From NCBI GenBank assembly GCA_024238995.1, contig JANBVL010000004.1, positions 1-53,257 on the forward strand: a DNA stretch of 53,257 nt, given 5' to 3'. The stretch comes from Patescibacteria group bacterium (GTDB taxonomy: Bacteria > Patescibacteriota > Minisyncoccia > Minisyncoccales > JANBVM01). The translations under genes were made by a program, and so were the position numbers. This document shows positions 44,933 to 53,000 of this stretch, one piece after another. A model generated the notes under the pieces. The model ran no database searches. It was not told where the DNA came from and saw only the letters and a program-made list of their open reading frames with translations. Within the stretch, counting starts at the first letter, position 1; each line of letters starts with the position of its first letter.

Positions 44933-45509
44933 GAATAAACAAAAAAAAGAGTATGGTTTTACTTTAATAGAAGTGATTGTAGCGATTTTTATTTTGACTG
45001 TTGGCATTGGAGGCTCATTCATGTTAATTCAGCAAACCCTTGCTGGTGTTTCAACAGTTCAATCAAGATTAATTGCTATTTATTTAGGCCAAGAGGGTAT
45101 TGAGATAATAAGGAATATAAGAGACAATAATTGGCTTGAACAGCGTGAATCTTTACAGATTCCTCCCCAACCTTTATGGAATGATGGTTTAACCGGTTTA
45201 ATTAATTGCCAGCCTTCTGCAAGTTGTTGCGAGGCTGATTATAATACAGATACTTCTCCATCAGATCCTTTGGTTGTTGTTGCTGGATGTGATTTCAGTG
45301 ATCTTCATTATCTTAACTTTGATAATAGTGGGTTTTATAGCTATTCAGCTGGTACACAAACAAAATTCAAAAGAAAGATTTTTATTGAAGAAATTGATGA
45401 GAATAAAATGAAAATCACAGTTATAGTTCAGTGGAAAGAAAAAAACAAGCTTCATGAGATTAAAGTGATAGAACATATAACCAACTGGTATAAACAGCGC
45501 ATTCAATAA
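44922..45509 (+). CDS. Minor pilin, PilV-like (YG|FTLIEVIVAIFIL)
   Basis: 195 aa with a prepilin motif and a VGIGGSFMLIQ segment as in PilV-type pilins. There is an 11-nt overlap with the upstream gene. Confidence 0.7.
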   Translation: MLIKNKQKKEYGFTLIEVIVAIFILTVGIGGSFMLIQQTLAGVSTVQSRLIAIYLGQEGIEIIRNIRDNNWLEQRESLQIPPQPLWNDGLTGLINCQPSASCCEADYNTDTSPSDPLVVVAGCDFSDLHYLNFDNSGFYSYSAGTQTKFKRKIFIEEIDENKMKITVIVQWKEKNKLHEIKVIEHITNWYKQRIQ

Positions 45510-45514
45510 AAAGC

Positions 45515-46117
45515 ATGAAACCTTTTAAGCAGAACAAAAAACAAAAAGCTTATACACTGATTGAAGTTTTGATAGCAGTAGCAATTTTTTTTACTGTTAT
45601 TGCAGGACCAACAGGTCTTTTTATTCTTTCATTGAAAAGCCAAAATAGAATTCTTGGTTCAAGAGAAATTCTTGATAATAGTTCTCATGTTCTTGAGTAT
45701 ATGAGCAGAGCCTTAAGAATGGCAAAAAAAGAACTGAATTGTGGTGATAGATGGGAACCAGAAACATGTTTTTGTTTAAAAGACAATGGTTATGGTTTTA
45801 ATTATGAAATCACGTATCAGGGGAAAGGAATAAAGTTTAACAATGCTCAAGATCCATCAATTTGCCAGGAATTTTTTTGGGATACAATTGATAATAGATT
45901 GAAAGAATCAAAAGATGGGGCAGGGGCTGTTCCTTTAACTTCTGATGATTTAGAAGTCGTTTTATTTAAATTCAAAGAATTTGGTTTTACTCAAAGTGAT
46001 AATATTCAACCAAGAGTTGTTATTTTCCTTGAAATGAGAAAAAAGAACGAACTTGAATCTCCTAAAATTAAAATTCAAACCACAATTTCTCAAAGAAAAT
46101 TAGATGTTATGTATTAG
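45515..46117 (+). CDS. Minor pilin, PilW-like (KA|YTLIEVLIAV)
   Basis: 200 aa with a prepilin-type N-terminus (Ala at -1, E+5) and LEYMSRALRMAKK resembling the PilW helix. Confidence 0.65.
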   Translation: MKPFKQNKKQKAYTLIEVLIAVAIFFTVIAGPTGLFILSLKSQNRILGSREILDNSSHVLEYMSRALRMAKKELNCGDRWEPETCFCLKDNGYGFNYEITYQGKGIKFNNAQDPSICQEFFWDTIDNRLKESKDGAGAVPLTSDDLEVVLFKFKEFGFTQSDNIQPRVVIFLEMRKKNELESPKIKIQTTISQRKLDVMY

Positions 46118-46144
46118 AAAGATTATTAAACCTTGATAAATTTA

Positions 46145-46498
46145 ATGAAAAGTAAAATATATAAGAGACAACAAGGCATTGCAGTTTTATTTGCTGTATC
46201 AATACTAAGTGTTATTTTAACAATTAGTTTGGGGGTAAGTGTAATATTAGTCAAGCAGATAAAAGCAATAACAGAAATTGGTTACTCAGCAATTGCTTTT
46301 TATGCAGCTGATAATGGCATTGAAGAAGTGTTGTCAATGACAGACCCTGTTGATATTCCAGAGACCAGTTTAAATGGTAGTAAATATGAAGTTTCTGTTA
46401 AAGACAGCAATCATCCTGATTGTGATGCAGCTAATTATTGTATAAAGTCAGTTGGTAGTTACAAAGGGACCAAGCGTGCTATTGAGATTAAATACTAA
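46145..46498 (+). CDS. PilX-like pilus protein (non-canonical hydrophobic N-terminus QQGIAVLFAVSIL)
   Basis: ATG 46145 is preferred over the listed TTG 46133. It has a PilX-N-like QxGxAxL start, no E+5, and is last in the operon before a terminator. Confidence 0.55.
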   Translation: MKSKIYKRQQGIAVLFAVSILSVILTISLGVSVILVKQIKAITEIGYSAIAFYAADNGIEEVLSMTDPVDIPETSLNGSKYEVSVKDSNHPDCDAANYCIKSVGSYKGTKRAIEIKY

Positions 46499-46573
46499 AA
46501 ATACTGCTTAATTTAAATGAGGCAGAAAATAAGATTTTTGCTAAAAAGAAGTTTTCATTCGTAAAATCAAGGT

Positions 46574-46595
46574 CCTCGCTGAAAGCGAGGTTTTT
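46574..46595 (+). terminator. Intrinsic terminator of the minor-pilin operon
   Basis: Stem cctcgc / gcgagg with loop tgaaa and a T5 run. Confidence 0.7.
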
Positions 46596-46610
46596 CTATA
46601 TAATAATAAT

Positions 46611-48647
46611 ATGAACAAACAAGAAGCTAAAAAAAGAGTTGATAAGTTAAAAGAGCTGATTGATCGTCACCGCTACCTTTATCATGTTTTAAATAAACAG
46701 GAAATCTCTGATGATGCCCTGGACTCTCTAAAACGTGAGCTTTACCGATTAGAGCAGGAATTTTCTGAACTTATTACAGCTGATTCTCCTACCCAGCGAG
46801 TTGCTGGTAAGCCTTTAGATAAATTCAAAAAGATAAAACACAGAGAGCCAATGCTTTCTATTGAAGATGTTTTTTCAAAAAAAGAGCTTGAAAGTTGGGA
46901 AAAATATTTAAAGAAAATTAGTGATTTCGATGATTATTTCTTAGAGCCTAAAATTGATGGTTTTGCTGTTGCTTTAGTTTACAAAAAGGGCGTGTTGTTA
47001 AGCGCTGCTACAAGAGGCGACGGTAGAATTGGAGAAGATGTTACTCAAAACATTAAAACAATAGAAAGTATTCCTTTAAAATTAGAGATTAATTTATTAA
47101 AAAATAAAATTAAAAAAAATATTAAAATAAAATTAAAAGAATTTATTAAAAATAAAATAATTGAAATTCGGGGTGAAGTCTATATGGAAAGAAAAGATTT
47201 TGAAAAATTAAATAAAAAATTAAAAAAACAAGGAAAAAAAACATTTGCCAATCCAAGAAATCTGGCAGCTGGTTCAATCCGTCAGTTGGATCCTAAACTT
47301 GCTGCTTCCAGGCCTTTAAAATTTTTTGCCTATGACATTATTACTGATGTAGGTCAAAAGATACATTATCAAAGCCATCAAATTTTGACCTGTTTAGGAT
47401 TTAAAACAGATATTGGCAAGGTTGCCAAAAGCATTGATCAAATCGTAGATTATTGGCAACGGATTTCACAGAAAAGAGAAAGTTTTTCTTTTCAAATAGA
47501 TGGAGTTGTGGTTAGTATTAATGACTTAAAAAGTTTTCAAAAACTAGGAATTGTTGGTAAAAGTCCAAGGGGCATAAGGGCATTTAAGTTTTCTCCGAAA
47601 GAAGCAACAACTATTATCAAAGATATAAGAATTCAGGTTGGAAGAACCGGAGCTATAACCCCAGTAGCTGTTTTAAAACCAGTGGAGATCGGCGGTGTTG
47701 TTGTATCACGAGCAACACTTCATAATACTGATGAAATCAAGAAATTAGGCGTAAAAATTAATGATACAGTATCTGTTGTGAGGTCGGGTGATGTGATACC
47801 AGCTATAAAAAAAGTGTTTAAAGAACTGCGGACAGGAAAGGAAAGAAAATTTAAAATGCCGGCAAAATGTCCATCTTGCAATACACTTCTTGTTAAACTC
47901 GAAAAAGAAGTAGTTTGGCGTTGTCCAAACACGAATTGCTTTGCTAGGAAAAGAAAATATTTTTATCACTTTGTATCAAAAGGAGCATTTGATATTGTTG
48001 GACTTGGTCCTCAAATTATTAATAGATTGATTGAACAGGGCATTATCTCTGATCCAGCTGATTTATTCACCTTGAAAGAGCAGGATATAGCTTCTTTGGA
48101 GCGTTTCGCTGAAAAATCAAGCAAGAATCTTATTGAATCTATTCAGTCTCATAAGGAGATTAGTCTTTCAAAATTCATTTATTCTTTGGGCATCAGAAAT
48201 ATAGGGGAGCAAACTGCTAGGGATTTAACTGAATACTTTAATTCATTAGAAAAATTAGAAAAATCTTCCTTGAAAGAGCTTGAAAATATTAAAGATATCG
48301 GCCCAATAGTGGCAAAATCAATTTATAATTTTTTTAATAATAAAAATAATTTACAATTTATTAAAAAATTAAAAAAAATAGGAATAAAAATAAAAATAAA
48401 AAAAATAATAAGGAAAAATCAAAAATTTAAAGATTTAATTTTTATTTTAACAGGAACTTTATCTTCAATAAGTAGAAGAGGGGCAGAAGAAAAAATACGT
48501 TCTTTAGGGGGTGAAGTCTCTGGATCTATTTCGTCAAAAACTAGCTATTTAATAGTTGGGAAAGAGCCTGGTTTAAAGCTCAAAAAAGCAAGGAAACTAG
48601 GCACTAAAATCATGCAAGAAAAGGACTTTGTAAAAATGCTAAAATAG
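46611..48647 (+). CDS. ligA: NAD-dependent DNA ligase LigA
   Basis: 678 aa with the adenylation Lys context LEPKIDG. It has a zinc finger CPSC..(x13)..C....C, HhH repeats and a C-terminal BRCT (FILTGTL...KTSYLIVG). Two K/I-rich low-complexity stretches are present. Confidence 0.9.
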   Translation: MNKQEAKKRVDKLKELIDRHRYLYHVLNKQEISDDALDSLKRELYRLEQEFSELITADSPTQRVAGKPLDKFKKIKHREPMLSIEDVFSKKELESWEKYLKKISDFDDYFLEPKIDGFAVALVYKKGVLLSAATRGDGRIGEDVTQNIKTIESIPLKLEINLLKNKIKKNIKIKLKEFIKNKIIEIRGEVYMERKDFEKLNKKLKKQGKKTFANPRNLAAGSIRQLDPKLAASRPLKFFAYDIITDVGQKIHYQSHQILTCLGFKTDIGKVAKSIDQIVDYWQRISQKRESFSFQIDGVVVSINDLKSFQKLGIVGKSPRGIRAFKFSPKEATTIIKDIRIQVGRTGAITPVAVLKPVEIGGVVVSRATLHNTDEIKKLGVKINDTVSVVRSGDVIPAIKKVFKELRTGKERKFKMPAKCPSCNTLLVKLEKEVVWRCPNTNCFARKRKYFYHFVSKGAFDIVGLGPQIINRLIEQGIISDPADLFTLKEQDIASLERFAEKSSKNLIESIQSHKEISLSKFIYSLGIRNIGEQTARDLTEYFNSLEKLEKSSLKELENIKDIGPIVAKSIYNFFNNKNNLQFIKKLKKIGIKIKIKKIIRKNQKFKDLIFILTGTLSSISRRGAEEKIRSLGGEVSGSISSKTSYLIVGKEPGLKLKKARKLGTKIMQEKDFVKMLK

Positions 48648-48747
48648 TTCTAAAATTAAACCAAAGCATGTTGTTAAATTATGAGTTTTTGCTTAAAAAG
48701 GCGAAAGAAATAAGTGTTAGAATTAAACCAGCATACTTTGCTCAATT

Positions 48748-49848
48748 ATGAATCTTTTTTTATCTCATTTGAAAAAACTGGACTGGACTTTAATTGCTAC
48801 CGTCATTTTTCTAGTTGGTTTTGGTCTATTATCAATTTATAGCTCTTCTCTTGGAAGAGATGATTTTTTAAATTTTAAAAAACAAATCATATTTTCTCTT
48901 ATAGGATTTTTATTGATGTTTTTAGTGAGCTTTATTGACTGGAGAGTATTTCAAATAGATTCTTACCTAATTTTAATTCTATATTTTTTATGTATTGTTC
49001 TTCTTTTTGGAGTCTTTTTTCTTACAGAAGAAATTAGAGGAGTTAAAGGATGGTATAGAATAGGACCAGTTTCTTTTGATCCCATTGAGCCAACCAAGAT
49101 TATTTTGATAATCTTATTGGCAAAATACTTTTCAATGAGACATGTTGAAATATATAGAGTTATTCACATAATGATTTCTGGTCTTTATGTTTTAATTCCT
49201 TCAGTTTTAATTTTTTTCCAACCAGACTTAGGTTCAGTCTTGGTTTTAGTTAGTTTATGGATTGGTATTTTACTTATTTCAGGTATTAAACTTCGTCATT
49301 TTTTTATTTTATTATTAGTGGGTGTTTTAATTTTAACTTTTAGTTGGTCAACAATTTTAAAAGATTATCAAAAACAAAGATTATTAAGCTTTATTAAACC
49401 TCAACTATCGGACCCTCTTGAAATTGGCTGGAATCAAAGACAAGCAGAGATCGCTATTGGTTCTGGAGGCTTATTAGGGCAGGGTATTTTAAAGGGTTCT
49501 CAAACTCAACACGGCTTTTTACCAGAACCTCAGACTGATTTCATATTTTCTTCTATTGCCGAAGAAACAGGCTTAATAGGAGTTAGTGTATTATTAGTTG
49601 TTTTTTCTTTTTTAATCTGGAGAATGTTTAAAATCGCTATTAAAACTAAGTCCAATTTTGCGCGTCTTTTTGCTGCTGGATTAAGTGTTTTAATGCTTTC
49701 TCAATACTTTATTCACGTGGGTATGAATCTTGGTCTTTTGCCTATTATTGGAATTTCTCTTCCATTGGTTAGTTATGGAGGATCGGGTCTGCTGGCAATG
49801 TTTATTGCTCTAGGTATTTTACAGAGTATTTATATTCAGAATAAGTAA
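48748..49848 (+). CDS. FtsW/RodA/SpoVE-family peptidoglycan glycosyltransferase
   Basis: 366 aa and polytopic, with QPDLGS, LPEPQTDFIFS and PLVSYGGSG signatures. FtsW cannot be separated from RodA by eye. Confidence 0.85.
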   Translation: MNLFLSHLKKLDWTLIATVIFLVGFGLLSIYSSSLGRDDFLNFKKQIIFSLIGFLLMFLVSFIDWRVFQIDSYLILILYFLCIVLLFGVFFLTEEIRGVKGWYRIGPVSFDPIEPTKIILIILLAKYFSMRHVEIYRVIHIMISGLYVLIPSVLIFFQPDLGSVLVLVSLWIGILLISGIKLRHFFILLLVGVLILTFSWSTILKDYQKQRLLSFIKPQLSDPLEIGWNQRQAEIAIGSGGLLGQGILKGSQTQHGFLPEPQTDFIFSSIAEETGLIGVSVLLVVFSFLIWRMFKIAIKTKSNFARLFAAGLSVLMLSQYFIHVGMNLGLLPIIGISLPLVSYGGSGLLAMFIALGILQSIYIQNK

Positions 49849-49914
49849 ATAAAATAAGTATCGGATAAAAAACGATATCTGCATTAGTATCGGATTTATT
49901 CATAAGTTATTCAC

Positions 49915-49944
49915 AAATAGCGCTTGACAGCGCTATTTGTTTTT
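49915..49944 (+). terminator. Hairpin (9-bp perfect inverted repeat) plus T-run downstream of the FtsW/RodA gene
   Basis: aaatagcgc-TTGACA-gcgctattt is followed by gttttt. It may double as an operator (see findings). Confidence 0.5.
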
Positions 49945-49952
49945 AAGATAAT
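49924..49952 (+). promoter_or_regulatory. Candidate promoter TTGACA-17-GATAAT upstream of the terminal giant ORF
   Basis: The consensus -35 lies in the hairpin loop (49924-49929), then a 17-nt spacer, then GATAAT at 49947-49952. It is about 125 nt upstream of ATG 50078. Confidence 0.35.
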
Positions 49953-50077
49953 AAGATAAGTTAAAGTTTTTTGAAATTTAAAAAAAAGAAGGCTCCAAAT
50001 AAAACGCTCTTACCTGTTTTTTTGTTACCTTCTTTATTTAAGAATAACAAATTTTTTTCTTTTGTCAATATTTTTAA

Positions 50078-53000
50078 ATGAATAAAAAAGAAAATCAAAA
50101 ACAATTTATAACGCTTCAACAGGCAACTAAATATTGTGATTATTCACAAGAGTATTTAAGTTTAAGAGCAAGACAAGGAAAATTAAAAGCTTTAAAAATT
50201 AAAAGAAATTGGGTTACTAAAAAAAATTGGTTAGATGAGTATTTAGGAAATCCAAACAATTATATTTCATTAAAAGAGGCAATAAGCTACTGCGATTATT
50301 CAAAAGATTACTTGAGTTTAAGAGCAAGACAAGGAAAATTAAAAGCAGTGAAATTTGGAAAAAACTGGATGACTAAAAAAACATGGTTGGATATATATTT
50401 AAGAAAGAATCAAAAGCAAATCAAACAGGAAGTTGTCAAAAATAAAGCTGTAAGAATTTTACCTGCTCCAGATAATTTACCCACTGAGGAATCTCAACCA
50501 AACGTTGAAGTAGTTAAGCGTTTGCCAATTTTTAGAATACTCCATACAGGAGTTATTTCGCTTTTAATAATAGGTCTGCTTGTTTCAGGATCACTTGTCG
50601 GAAAGAGTCTCTTTTCAAAAACATTAATGCCTTATTTGGCCAAAACACATAATGTTGTTGGCGGATTTTTAGACGATTCAATTTTACCAATAGTTGAAAA
50701 ATCTCCAATATTAAAAAGTGTTTTGTTTAGTATTGCAGGAGTTGGAGAAGGCGTTGGTGATATTTTTAGAGCATATTTTTCCTGGCTTGGAAATTCTCTT
50801 AAATCAATATCTCAAAAAATCACAAGAACTTATTTTGTTTTTCATAGTTCTTTTGATGAAAGTACAAAACAAGGCTTTGATGTAATTAAAAACTTTTTTT
50901 CTTATTTTCCAAAAACACTTAAAAACTTTTTCTCTTTTGAAAGACTTTTAACAGAAAAAATTTTTGTAGAGACAGAAGAAAGATTAACTGAAAAATTAAT
51001 CCAGGCCTTCCAACAAAGCTTCGACAAACTAGTACAAGAAGGAATTCCATCAAAACAAGTAATAACTGAAATCCAACCAATAAAGGAAATAACAAGAGAA
51101 GTAAGAATAATAGATTCAGCATCATTAGTTCAGTTAAGAGCTGACATGGAATATGTACAAGCTGAACTAGCTAATAGATTGTATGCCCCAGGGGGAGTAA
51201 TAACCCAGCAGATATATGTCACCCAACCAATACAATCACCTAAAATATATCAGGAGAATGGTGACATAGTACTTCAAACCATTGGTTCAGGCAATATCAT
51301 ACTATCAGCAGCCACAGGATTACAGCTTCATGGCAGCCAGGTAGTAATTGACTCAACCAGCATACTTAATCCTTTAATATACTTGGCTGACGAAACAAGA
51401 ATTGATGGACCCTTAACAGCTCAGCGTATCACACTCAATGCTCCAGAATCATACACTGGCAATATATTAGACGTTAGCTCTGTATTCACGGTCAACAATA
51501 CAGGAGCTACATTAGTGGGTGACTTTACAGTAACAGGTAATTTATCAATAGGCGGTCTATCACTTAATGGGCCATTGGTAATTACTGCCTCTTCTACTTC
51601 TTCTTTATTAACAATAACTCAACAAGGTTCAGGATATGGAGCAATAATCACTGGTGGATATGTTGGTATTGCCACCACAACACCCAACTATCCATTACAT
51701 GTCTGGGGCAGTGCTGGCTTTGGCACTTCAACTACTCTTGCATTATATGTTGATTCAGGCAATGGAAGAGTTGGTATTGCCACCACTACTCCTAGTCAAG
51801 CTCTTCATGTAGTAGGTAATATCTTAGGTTCAGGCAATGCTGTTTTTGAAGGTATTTTAGATGTGCAAGGCTATACCACTTCCACGTTTGCAGGACCCGT
51901 TAAGATTACCACTACTACTCAACCTCAACTTGTTATTGGATATAGTTCAACAACCTATTCAACTTTTTCAGTTGATTCAAATGGCAGTACTGCTCTAGTG
52001 TCTACAGGACCTCTTAATCTAACAGGCTCTGGTTCTTCTGTTTGGCAAACAACTGATTATGGAAGCTTAACTATCCAAAGCGCTAGCTCAACAGAAATCA
52101 TATCTGGTGATACCTTAACTGCTAGTTCAACTAATGAAATAATTTTGGTTGTTGATGGACAGGAAAGAGTAAAGATTAATAGCAGTGGCTATGTTGGCAT
52201 TGCCACTACAACGCCTAACTACGAACTCCATGTCTGGGGCTCAGCTGGCTTTGGCACTTCTACTATACCCACCCTGTACGTTGATTCAGGAAATGGAAGA
52301 ATTGGTGTTGGTACTACAACTCCAAGAGCAAATCTAGAAGTTGCTGGATCTGCTTTATTTACTGACGCAACTACAACTAATTTCTCAATTAGCGGAATCG
52401 TTGGTTCAATTCAATGTTTGCAGATAGATAATACTGGTAATGTATCAGGAGCAGGTGTTGCTTGTGGAGGAGGGGGTGGAGGTTCAGGATTATGGGCTAG
52501 CAGTTCAGACAGTTTAAGGATATACCCAAGTGTTTTATCACGTGTAGTTGTTGTTGGAGCAAATGTCACAAGTTCAGATTTAGCAATATTTGAGGTTGAT
52601 GGAGGAGCTTTTTTTGACGATGCGACTACAACTAATTTTGAAGTTACAGGAAATGTTTTCTTGCCAAATAACAGCATAACTGACCTTATGCTGGTAGATA
52701 CTATTACTGCTAGTAACTACCTGTCATTAACAGACTGGTATTCAACCACTACAGATGGTTTAGATGAAGGAAGCAGTAATAAATACTATTCAACACAATT
52801 GTTTGCTGCTGACCTGGCTGCTACTACCACTAATGCTCTAGCTGAAGGAGGCAGTAACCTATATTTTACTGACGAGAGAACAGATGACAGGGTTAATGCT
52901 TTGCTGGTTGCAGGGACTGATGTAGATCTGGTTTATGATGATACTGGCAATAGTTTAACTATATATGCCACTAACACAGACACTACTTATTCAGCAGGAG

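Noticed and set aside
47090-47230. K/I/N-rich low-complexity stretches in LigA (also 48330-48430).
   Set aside because: They are in frame within an otherwise canonical LigA. This is consistent with AT-bias-driven linker expansion rather than a repeat element or insertion.
50919-52677. Listed minus-strand ORFs 50919-51125 and 52411-52677, the only ORFs offered for this region.
   Set aside because: Both lie inside the verified 1060-codon + strand frame 50078-53257, which has strong protein repeats. The minus ORFs are leucine-rich or low-complexity shadows.
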